Source of the DNA: an archaeon | Lineage (GTDB): Archaea > B1Sed10-29 > JAJSAI01 | Assembly: GCA_024274695.1 (NCBI GenBank) | Contig: JAJSAI010000026.1 | Location: 1 to 35,827 of the forward strand | Direction: 5' to 3' | DNA: 35,827 bases | Part shown: piece after piece, positions 18,396 through 26,016 of the stretch | How positions within the stretch are numbered: the stretch's first letter is position 1 | Layout of the letters: every line of letters starts with the position of its first letter | The notes under the pieces: generated by a model | What the model was told of the DNA's origin: nothing | What the model saw: only the letters and a program-made list of their open reading frames with translations | The model's database searches: none | Made by a program: the position numbers and the translations under genes

Positions 18396-19372
18396 AATGG
18401 GTCCTTTCCGTCATCTTTAATCGCGGCTCTGCATCCTCCGTAACACATGTAAAAGTATGGGCACCCCTCGCATGTTTTAGGGTGTTGATTTCTCCATTGA
18501 ATGAAAATAGGGTGATTTTGGTAAATTTTTTCTACGATGTTATACTTGTCAAGCAAAAAGTTATCCTTGTCTTCAGAGTAGGGGGCAGTAGTGCATGGGA
18601 CCATATATCCGTTTACCGTAATACTGGCAGAAATGAACCCTGCGCCACATCCTAAGACGCAAGAAGATGATTCCCTTTTAGGAGGGGTTGTTAACAAAAA
18701 TTCAAAAGGACTTTTTAATATTTTTATATTTCTTGATTTTCTTTCTTTTATTAATTGAAATAATACTTTTTTGTATTCTTCTTTAGTGATTTGAAATTTT
18801 TTCTGAAATTTATTTTTAGGGATAAAACGCATTATTCTGAAAGAAGGAACCCCTCTTTCTTCTAGAAAATCTAGTAGTCTAAATACTTCTCCGTTTTGTA
18901 TAACTTTCTTTGTAAGGATAGTTCCAACTACAAATTTTTTATTTTTTTCAATTAGCTTTTCTATTCCTGAAAGTGTAAGATCAAAGCTTCCTTTTCCTCT
19001 AAAATATTCATGTGTTTCTTTTAATCCATCTAAACTTATTTGGATTCTATCAAAATGAAGTAAGGAATCTATCCTCGAATTATCAATGAGTGTTCCATTT
19101 GTAGTGATGCTTGCTATCCCCTTTAATTGATGTATCTTCTTGACAATTTTATCAAGATCGTGCCTTAGTAAAGGTTCGCCTCCAGATAAATGAACTAAAT
19201 TTCCTGGTTCAACAGTCTTTTCTAAAATTTTTATTATTTCAGCAGTTGAAAGTTCTTTATTGTTTTCTTTCTTTATTTCATGAAAGTAAAAATAGCAATG
19301 TTTACATTTTAAATTACATCTTGAAGTAATATCTATAAACCACATGACAGGTCTAGGCAAAATCAAATACAT
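18371..19372 (-). CDS. Radical SAM/SPASM enzyme (PqqE/MftC/NirJ-like), no fused RRE
   Basis: ITSRCNLKCKHCY, SGGEPLLR, TTNGTLI, QISLDG..ETH..FRG.GSF, SPASM CGAG....I...G...PC...CEGC.....CYGGCRA...DPLC. Confidence 0.93.
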   Translation of the reverse strand: MYLILPRPVMWFIDITSRCNLKCKHCYFYFHEIKKENNKELSTAEIIKILEKTVEPGNLVHLSGGEPLLRHDLDKIVKKIHQLKGIASITTNGTLIDNSRIDSLLHFDRIQISLDGLKETHEYFRGKGSFDLTLSGIEKLIEKNKKFVVGTILTKKVIQNGEVFRLLDFLEERGVPSFRIMRFIPKNKFQKKFQITKEEYKKVLFQLIKERKSRNIKILKSPFEFLLTTPPKRESSSCVLGCGAGFISASITVNGYMVPCTTAPYSEDKDNFLLDKYNIVEKIYQNHPIFIQWRNQHPKTCEGCPYFYMCYGGCRAAIKDDGKDPLCWIRNQA

Positions 19373-19376
19373 TAAG

Positions 19377-19412
19377 TTTAAATATTGGTTATTTCATCTA
19401 TTTAAATGGTGA
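19377..19412. promoter_or_regulatory. Divergent archaeal-type promoters (two TTTAAATA boxes) plus GGTGA SD for the peptide
   Basis: TTTAAATA on + at 19377-19384 (peptide) and on - at 19399-19406 (about 26 nt before rSAM ATG); GGTGA at 19408-19412. Confidence 0.6.
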
Positions 19413-19417
19413 TTATT

Positions 19418-19507
19418 ATGAATAAAAAAAAGATTTGGGAAACACCTACAATAGAAGAAATAGATTTAACATTATATTGTTGTACCCCTACTGATGATGA
19501 AAAATGA
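19418..19507 (+). CDS. Putative RiPP precursor peptide, 29 aa: MNKKKIWETPTIEEIDLTLYCCTPTDDEK
   Basis: Hand-translated, not in ORF track; GGTGA SD; WxxPxI leader motif resembling RRE-binding motifs of PqqA and lasso leaders; sits in the middle of a cluster with PqqD, rSAM and peptidase; in-frame upstream ATG at 19406. Confidence 0.8.
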   Translation: MNKKKIWETPTIEEIDLTLYCCTPTDDEK

Positions 19508-19540
19508 ATACTTTTAATAACTTTTAAATCATTTTTGTTT

Positions 19541-20641
19541 TTAAAGAGAATATATTTTTTGATACTCTTTTACTGTCCTTTGAATATCAAATTGAGAGAG
19601 TACCCTTTTTCGTGCACCTTTTTCTATTTTTTGTTTAATTTTTATATTTTTTTCTAAAAAAAGAATATTTTTAATTATCTCTTTGGGTTTCCCAGGATGG
19701 ACTAGAACCCCAGACTTGAAATGAGTGATAATCTCTGGAATTCCACCAACTTTTGATGCAATTACTGCTTTTTCTGATGCCATGCCTTCTATTACTGAAA
19801 TGCCAAAAGGTTCTTCCCAAAGTGAAGGGACTAAAGCATAGTCTGAGATATTATAAAAATAAGGGATGTACTTGTAATCAAAGGGTCCGAAAATTATTCG
19901 GTCTAATAATGGATCATTAGCCCATTTTATAGATGAGAGAACTTTTTGTGTTTTATGAGCACTCTCGTTTCCGGTCAAAATAAGCACGAACTCTTGTGGG
20001 AGTTGTTTTAATGTTTTGATTAGAATGTCTACTCCCTTTTCTGGAGAAATTCTAGATGTACAGAGGAGAATTCTTTTTTCCAAGAAATCACTATTTAACA
20101 TTTTTGAAATTTTTTCAAAACATTCAAATTTATCTCGCTTTTTGAAAAGAGAAGTATCTATTCCATTATAGATTACTATAATTTTTTCAGAAGGGATAAT
20201 CTTTTTTAATTCAATTTTTATATACTCGCTTGGAACGACTATCTTTTTTAAGCATTGAGATTCATTTAATAATTTGAATACTGGTTTTAATTCAAGGTAG
20301 ACGGGAGTGTGATGGGAATAAATAATCTCATAGTTTTTGCTCCCAAATGTAGTGATTATAAAAAACGCAAAATCAATGGTGTGTATTTGAATTATATCCG
20401 GTGATATCTCATTGATAATTTCGCTAATAATTTTTTTCGTTTTCTGATAATCTAATGGTCCCCTTGATGGGAGGGGCAAATGATAACACTTCCCGGTTTT
20501 TTGAATGGTTGAAACGTTATCATCACAGAAGGCGATAAAATGCTTGTTTTTTTTGTCAGAGTTTGTAAGATTGTAAAGAAGAGTTTCGACGCCACCTATC
20601 GTGTTTGCATAGTCTCTAGTTAAATGTAAAACTTTTTTCAT
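19541..20641 (-). CDS. Glycosyltransferase family 4 (GT-B)
   Basis: IGGVET, VIYNGID, SRISPEKGVD, PSLWEEPFGISVIEGMAS, SKVGGIPEII. Confidence 0.93.
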   Translation of the reverse strand: MKKVLHLTRDYANTIGGVETLLYNLTNSDKKNKHFIAFCDDNVSTIQKTGKCYHLPLPSRGPLDYQKTKKIISEIINEISPDIIQIHTIDFAFFIITTFGSKNYEIIYSHHTPVYLELKPVFKLLNESQCLKKIVVPSEYIKIELKKIIPSEKIIVIYNGIDTSLFKKRDKFECFEKISKMLNSDFLEKRILLCTSRISPEKGVDILIKTLKQLPQEFVLILTGNESAHKTQKVLSSIKWANDPLLDRIIFGPFDYKYIPYFYNISDYALVPSLWEEPFGISVIEGMASEKAVIASKVGGIPEIITHFKSGVLVHPGKPKEIIKNILFLEKNIKIKQKIEKGARKRVLSQFDIQRTVKEYQKIYSL

Positions 20642-20642
20642 A

Positions 20643-21590
20643 TTAAAAAAATTCTTTTATTTTTCTTTTAAATAATTTATATTCTTTATTTATTCTTTTG
20701 TAATATTTTATTTTTACTTTTTTTATTTTTTGTTTGTAAAATTGATAATTTTCTAAAGTATCTGTTATTTTTTCTTTCCAACAGCAAATATTATTTATTT
20801 TTTTTACTAATAATTCTTTTGGAACATAATCAGGAATTCCTCCTATATCACTTCCTAGAACTGGTATTTCATTTACAATTGATTCTATACATACACGAGG
20901 AGAAGGATCTTCCCATAATGATGGAACTAGAGTTATTTTGGTTTTTTCGTAAATGAATTTTATTTGATTGTATTGTACAGGTTCCAAAATTTTGACATTT
21001 TCAAAAGGGAATTTTGGAATATTTTGTGTGGTGCTTTTTTTTATTATTAAAAAATTTTTGTCTGGATTATTTTTTATCAGTTTATAGACGATTTCTGCGC
21101 CTTTTTTTAGGGAGGGGTTAATAAATGTTATCCATTTTTGCATGCTATCATCTTTTTTGTTATTAATTACCTCTTTTGAAATAATCATTGGTTCCAGGAG
21201 AATACTCTCTTTACTTATGTATGAATATTTGTTTTGTGTGTACTTTGAATTAAATACGATTACGTCTGCTGAGTTATTTATATCATTGACTCGGGTGAAG
21301 AAAAAAACAGGAATTTTTTGCATTTTTCCATATTCGATCGCATATTTTGCCCACGCTAGTTGAGTGAAAATGATACTAGGTTTTATTTTTTTTAACATTT
21401 TTTTGATATTACTTGGGTGAATTATTTCATAAATTTTGATATTATCAATTTTTTCAGGTCTTTTCGGATGAATAAATGTAAGTACAGAACAATCATATCC
21501 ATCTTTTTTTAACTTTCTTAGGAGAGTATGTGCACTTATTTCAGAACTTCCTATTCTTGGTAAGTATTGTTCAGAAATGAAAAGTATCAT
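20643..21590 (-). CDS. Glycosyltransferase family 4 (GT-B), second copy
   Basis: ILFISEQYLPRIGSSE, FINPSLKKG, LVPSLWEDPSPRVCIES, SDIGGIPD; start moved to ATG 21590. Confidence 0.88.
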   Translation of the reverse strand: MILFISEQYLPRIGSSEISAHTLLRKLKKDGYDCSVLTFIHPKRPEKIDNIKIYEIIHPSNIKKMLKKIKPSIIFTQLAWAKYAIEYGKMQKIPVFFFTRVNDINNSADVIVFNSKYTQNKYSYISKESILLEPMIISKEVINNKKDDSMQKWITFINPSLKKGAEIVYKLIKNNPDKNFLIIKKSTTQNIPKFPFENVKILEPVQYNQIKFIYEKTKITLVPSLWEDPSPRVCIESIVNEIPVLGSDIGGIPDYVPKELLVKKINNICCWKEKITDTLENYQFYKQKIKKVKIKYYKRINKEYKLFKRKIKEFF

Positions 21591-21665
21591 CAATAATAAA
21601 AAGGAAAATAATACATAAATAAAAGTATATGTTTTTATAAAAATTTCAAAGGAGGTGCGAAGATA

Positions 21666-21917
21666 ATGCCTTGGAAACCAAAAGTAAACGAAAACATACA
21701 AATAAAAAAAACGGAAGAGGGTGATATTCTTATAGATATTCTTTCAGGTAAATTATTTAAATTAAATAATACAGGTTCAGATATTCTTCATTTATGTAAT
21801 GGAAAAAATGAAATAAATATGATTGTCTCTCAACTTCAGAAAAATTATGATAAAGTAAAAGAAGAAGAAGTAGTATCTTATCTAGAGAATCTAAAAAGGA
21901 TAGGGCTTGTAATATGA
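21666..21917 (+). CDS. PqqD family peptide chaperone / RiPP recognition element (RRE)
   Basis: 83 aa, three beta strands then LNNTGSDILHLCNG...IVSQLQKNY...V.SYLENL...GLV; GGAGGTG SD at 21651-21657. Confidence 0.9.
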   Translation: MPWKPKVNENIQIKKTEEGDILIDILSGKLFKLNNTGSDILHLCNGKNEINMIVSQLQKNYDKVKEEEVVSYLENLKRIGLVI

Positions 21918-22243
21918 GCTTTACTCAAGATGAAATGCGTTTGATTCGAAAAGCAATGGATCTATTTGAAGTGGTTTACTTTAAAGCGGTAGGTAACAGT
22001 ATGTTTCCTACTATCAAAGAAAATCAAATTGTAAAAGTAAAAAAAGTAGAATTAGATAAAATCAAAATTGGAGATATTTTAGTTTTTGAAGTTTTTGGAA
22101 GTATTATAGCACATAGGGTTGTACGTATAGAACATAAAAAATTCGGCCCTATTTTTATAACTAAAGAAGATAATTTTCAAAATTATCCATCTTCGAAATA
22201 TTTAATAGCAAAACCCGAAGATGTAATTGGGATAATATCTTAG
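21914..22243 (+). CDS. Soluble S24/S26 family serine peptidase (candidate leader peptidase)
   Basis: GNSMFPTI, IKIGDILVF, IAHRVV, FITKEDN; no TM helix; ATGA-coupled to the PqqD gene. Confidence 0.85.
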   Translation: MSFTQDEMRLIRKAMDLFEVVYFKAVGNSMFPTIKENQIVKVKKVELDKIKIGDILVFEVFGSIIAHRVVRIEHKKFGPIFITKEDNFQNYPSSKYLIAKPEDVIGIIS

Positions 22244-22253
22244 AATATTTAAA

Positions 22254-23996
22254 TCATTTTTTTTGAATTACATAATTGTTGATAATTAGATAATCCAATC
22301 CCATAGTATAAAAGTCTCTAATTGCATCTTTTAACGTTCTTACAATTGTTTTTCCCGCTATATTAAATGAAGTGTTCAATACAGCAGGAATTCCTGTTTC
22401 GTTTTCGAAGTTCTTTATTAATCTGTAGAACTTTTCATTATCTTTTGAATGTAAGATCTGTGGACGTGTTGTCTGATCTACATGCACAACCGCAGGGATT
22501 ATGTCGGGTGAGGATACAGACACAGTAAAGGTCATATATTTTAAAGCATGAAGTTTTTTGGCAGGGACTTCTAAGATTTTTAATGCTTTTTCTTCTAATA
22601 TTGTTGGGGCTAGTGGTCTCCACAATTCTCTTCCTTTTATTAGATTTACTCTTTTTTTGTTGCATGAAAGAGAAGGATTTGCTAAGATACTTCTGTTTCC
22701 CAAGGCTCGCGGTCCAACTTCCATTCTCCCTTGAAACCATCCTACTATTCTGTCTTGGCATAGGAGTTCTGCAGCATATCTTTCAGGATCTGGGACGTTC
22801 TCATAGGATATCCTTATTTTTTTGAGATAACTTTCGATTTTTTCATCGTGTTCTTCTTTTCCCAGGTAAGGAGTGAATGGATATGTATCTATCTCCTTTC
22901 CTGTTAACATTTCATATCCTATAATTGCAGAACCAAGAGCTGTACCATAATCTCCTGCAGTTGGAGGGGCGAAAAAGGCTATTTCGGGATACTTTCTCGT
23001 TAGGTAACCATTCAATCTGCAATTAAGAAAGAGGCCTCCTCCTAATGCAATATTTTCTATGTCCTCTTTTTCTTTTTTGAACTTTTGGATCAAGCTTTCT
23101 ATAATTCCTGAGATATATTCCTCAGTTATTTTTTGTACCGCCCAAGCTAGATTTTTTTGATGAACGGTAGGTTCGGCACAATTCTTAGAAATAGGTATTT
23201 TAGATGATAAAACAGCTAGAATTTGATTTGTTAAGTGATGTTTTGTAATTCTAGTAAAATCGAAAGTATCTTCTTTGGAGACGATCATTTCTTTGAATTT
23301 ATGGTAGATTTGAGACTCAGAGCCGTATGCAGAAAGACCCATCGTCTTTCCTTCGGATTTGAGCCATCCAAGACCAAGATATCCGGTAACATAGTGGTAT
23401 AGCATGGCAGGAGATTGCGGGTATTTTACGCTTAATATCTTTTCGAGGAATCCGTTTTCATATTTCCATGCTGTAAGTGACTCAAATTCTCCCCTCCAGT
23501 CTGAGATTATGACAAGTCCCTTTCTGAAGGGAGCAATCTTTGAGACTGCCGCAGCATGTGAGAGGTGATGGGGTACAGCTATAACCTGAGGTGGAGAGAA
23601 TGTATGGTTTTTGATCCACTCTTTCAGGGTCTTCAAACTGGAGACGTATCTTCTGTGTTCTTGTGAGAGGCGTCTAGTTAAAGTTATCAGTATCCTGTTT
23701 ATGTCTTTTGACCCTTCAATGAGGAATGGTTCCGCTTCTGAGACAACTCTCCGATTGAAAAGAGTTACATCCCAGGGTATAGTTATGGCTTCTACTTCAT
23801 CTAGGATAGTACCTGTTGTGGAGAGACAGAATGTTATGGACCCTGAGGGAAATGTTCTTTCGCTTCCTTTGATTCTTGTATGTCTCTCTTCTTCTTCCAT
23901 TGCTAATATTTTTCCGTTTTTTGATATGCAGGCTGAAGGATCATGGGTTCCCATGGACGGTAATGTTGGATTAATTCCTAATATCACTCCTTTCAT
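22254..23996 (-). CDS. NodU/CmcH/TobZ family O-carbamoyltransferase
   Basis: HDPSAC, EEERHTRIK, HHLSHAA, EGKTMGLSAYG, GGLFLNC, GRMEVGPRALGNRSILA, RELWRPLAP, VHVDQTTRPQ, LNTSFN. Confidence 0.95.
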   Translation of the reverse strand: MKGVILGINPTLPSMGTHDPSACISKNGKILAMEEEERHTRIKGSERTFPSGSITFCLSTTGTILDEVEAITIPWDVTLFNRRVVSEAEPFLIEGSKDINRILITLTRRLSQEHRRYVSSLKTLKEWIKNHTFSPPQVIAVPHHLSHAAAVSKIAPFRKGLVIISDWRGEFESLTAWKYENGFLEKILSVKYPQSPAMLYHYVTGYLGLGWLKSEGKTMGLSAYGSESQIYHKFKEMIVSKEDTFDFTRITKHHLTNQILAVLSSKIPISKNCAEPTVHQKNLAWAVQKITEEYISGIIESLIQKFKKEKEDIENIALGGGLFLNCRLNGYLTRKYPEIAFFAPPTAGDYGTALGSAIIGYEMLTGKEIDTYPFTPYLGKEEHDEKIESYLKKIRISYENVPDPERYAAELLCQDRIVGWFQGRMEVGPRALGNRSILANPSLSCNKKRVNLIKGRELWRPLAPTILEEKALKILEVPAKKLHALKYMTFTVSVSSPDIIPAVVHVDQTTRPQILHSKDNEKFYRLIKNFENETGIPAVLNTSFNIAGKTIVRTLKDAIRDFYTMGLDYLIINNYVIQKK

Positions 23997-24135
23997 GATT
24001 TCTCCTCTAAATCTTTTGATCTCTTTTATAGATTCAGTCGTTGAGCCTATAAAATAATGGGTTCTTTTAATGTATTAATTTTAAGAAAGAAAGCTTATTA
24101 AACTAAATAATTCACAAAAAAGAAAGGTGTTGAAG

Positions 24136-24435
24136 ATGGAAATTCCAAGGAGTATAAGAACTTATTGTCCGAAATGTAGAGTTCATACGGTACACAGGGT
24201 AAAAAAGGTTATACAGAAACACAGTCCTGATCCCGCTAGAACTCTCTCGTGGGGTCAAAGAAAATTTATAAGGCGTACGAAGGGTTATACAAGTCAGCTG
24301 GCTGCTAAAAAGGACCACGTTAAACAGTCCCAGAGGAACGTGCTACTCCTGGAATGCTCCCAGTGCAAGAAAAAGCAGCAGAGAACAGTTGGGGGCAGGA
24401 CCAGGAAAAAAATAGAACTAAAGAGAGGAGCGTGA
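24136..24435 (+). CDS. rpl44e: 50S ribosomal protein L44e
   Basis: IP..IRTYCPKCRVHTVH.V, WGQRKF.R...GY, LECSQCKK; alternative starts at 24127/24130. Confidence 0.95.
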   Translation: MEIPRSIRTYCPKCRVHTVHRVKKVIQKHSPDPARTLSWGQRKFIRRTKGYTSQLAAKKDHVKQSQRNVLLLECSQCKKKQQRTVGGRTRKKIELKRGA

Positions 24436-24441
24436 TCCCAG

Positions 24442-24612
24442 ATGCTGGCCCCGAAAACCAATTTTGTTAAAATAAAGTGCGAGTGCGGTAACGAGCAGAT
24501 CACCTTCTCGCACGCCAGCACGACGGTGAAGTGCAGTGCGTGCGGCAAAACCCTCGTGGAGCCCACGGGAGGCAAGGCGAAGATAAACGCCACAATAATA
24601 AAACTCATGTAA
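24442..24612 (+). CDS. rps27e: 30S ribosomal protein S27e (56 aa)
   Basis: Hand-translated MLAPKTNFVKIKCECGNEQITFSHASTTVKCSACGKTLVEPTGGKAKINATIIKLM; conserved position after rpl44e. Confidence 0.95.
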   Translation: MLAPKTNFVKIKCECGNEQITFSHASTTVKCSACGKTLVEPTGGKAKINATIIKLM

Positions 24613-24636
24613 AAAGGTAACGAGGAGGACTTAATT

Positions 24637-25416
24637 TTGAAAATAGAAGAATGGCCGTCACCAGGAGAGTTGGTCGTAGTAAAAATAAAACAGATACTCC
24701 CTGGAACAGGCGTGAAGGCTGATTTGCTGGAGTACCCTGGAAAAGAAGGGTTCATCCACATTTCTCAGGTGGCAAGGTCATGGGTGAAAAACATACGCAG
24801 CTTTGTTTCCGTAGGCTCGATGAGGGTCGCGGCTGTTGAAAGAGTAAGACCAGAAGACGGGATCATAACACTCTCGCTTAGGAAGGTTTCTCCACAGCAG
24901 CAGAAGCGGAAGATGGACGACTGGAAGAGGGAGAAGAGAGCGGACAAGATGTTTGAAGCCATGTGCAAGGACCTTGGAGAGGATTTCGTTCAAGCGTATC
25001 ACAAGGTCGCGGTCCCCCTCATAGACGAGTACGGTGACCTGCTCGCGGCGTTCGAGAACGTCAAGATCCACGGGGACAGCGCCTTTGAAGGAATAAAGAT
25101 ACCCAAGAAATGGAAGGAGAAAATAAAGGAATTCGCGGAAAAGAATATTACCATAGCAAAGGTGTCCGTGGAGTCCAACGTCCGGATGGTCTTCAAAACA
25201 GGGAATGGGCTGGAGTTGCTGAAGAAAGCACTCTCCACGGCCGAAAAACAGGGCGTCAGCGTGCTCTACCTCGGCGCGCCCAACTACAAGCTTAAAGCAG
25301 AAGCCCACTCCTACCCTGAAGCAGAGGAACTTCTGAACAAGGCCATAAGCAAACTTGAAGAGTTCGTGAAAGCGCATGACGGAGAAATCTCCCACGCAGA
25401 AGCCCAGGCTTCCTAA
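24637..25416 (+). CDS. eif2a: Translation initiation factor 2 subunit alpha (aIF2-alpha)
   Basis: WPSPGELVV, LLEYPGKEGFIHISQVA..WVKNIR S1 domain, WKREKRA, YLGAPNY. Confidence 0.95.
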   Translation: MKIEEWPSPGELVVVKIKQILPGTGVKADLLEYPGKEGFIHISQVARSWVKNIRSFVSVGSMRVAAVERVRPEDGIITLSLRKVSPQQQKRKMDDWKREKRADKMFEAMCKDLGEDFVQAYHKVAVPLIDEYGDLLAAFENVKIHGDSAFEGIKIPKKWKEKIKEFAEKNITIAKVSVESNVRMVFKTGNGLELLKKALSTAEKQGVSVLYLGAPNYKLKAEAHSYPEAEELLNKAISKLEEFVKAHDGEISHAEAQAS

Positions 25417-25558
25417 AATTAGAAGATGCCCTGATGGGCACTACTCCTTAAGAGAAGAATGCCCTGTTTGCGGAAAAAGCACTACTCCTGCAAGGCCCCC
25501 GAGCTTTTCGGAGAAAGACAAGTACGGGGAAGAAAGGAGGAAGGTACTGTACAGCTAG
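25376..25558 (+). CDS. nop10: H/ACA RNP protein Nop10
   Basis: IRRC...HYSL.E.CPVCG..T..ARPPSFS..DKYG..RR; conserved position after aIF2-alpha. Confidence 0.9.
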   Translation: MTEKSPTQKPRLPKIRRCPDGHYSLREECPVCGKSTTPARPPSFSEKDKYGEERRKVLYS

Positions 25559-25860
25559 TTCTTCCTCCTAGCCGTTTTGGCCCTCTTCTTTGAAGAAGAC
25601 TTAGACTTAGCCATCTTGTTCTTTATCCTGAGGTACTTCTTGTACAATCTCTCGTCCCTTCCCGCGTTGTTCTGCACGGGAGCCTGCGCAAGATTGTACA
25701 GGTGGTAGTACTTCGCGTTGAACAGGTCCCAGATCTCCTTAGGGACCTTGAACTCAAGGTTGTGCTCTGGAGCCTCCAGCACAACCATCCTCTTTTTCTC
25801 TCCCTCTGTCTGGATTTTGAAAGCGTACAATGTACCGCTCTCGTCCTCAAACAAGTCCAT
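25555..25860 (-). CDS. Hypothetical protein with basic C-terminal tail
   Basis: Host-like codon usage, fills the gap between nop10 and PAC2; start uncertain (25860 or 25914). Confidence 0.6.
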   Translation of the reverse strand: MDLFEDESGTLYAFKIQTEGEKKRMVVLEAPEHNLEFKVPKEIWDLFNAKYYHLYNLAQAPVQNNAGRDERLYKKYLRIKNKMAKSKSSSKKRAKTARRKN

Positions 25861-26016
25861 GGCTAACAATCCCTCCAAAAACCTTTTCAAACCCCTCTCA
25901 AAAAAAGGCGGCAACTATAATAGTATGCAAACGGGTATATAAAACATGATGGTCTGCCCGCGCTCAGCACGCTTCCAGGGTTTAGTATATAAATGCGTTT
26001 GATTCAAAAACCTTTT

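Larger units (their letters stand above)
16412..24120. other. AT-rich genomic island carrying a putative RiPP/aminosugar biosynthetic gene cluster
   Basis: Abrupt switch to very AT-rich sequence right after the gins stop codon, returning to host-like composition in rpl44e; interrupts the conserved gins-rpl44e adjacency; no integrase or transposase seen. Confidence 0.88.

Noticed and set aside
19418-19507. Lasso peptide or true PqqA assignment for the 29-aa peptide
   Set aside because: No asparagine-synthetase-like cyclase or transglutaminase-like B2 gene, no tail after the acidic residues, no ExxxY, and no pqqB/pqqC in the window
16412-24120. Island as provirus, transposon or integrative element
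   Set aside because: No integrase, transposase, capsid, tRNA att site or long terminal repeats seen; only a 7-bp match that may just be two SD-like sequences
24478-24545. CxC rather than CxxC first zinc knuckle in S27e
   Set aside because: One-residue variation in an otherwise typical protein; no evidence of significance
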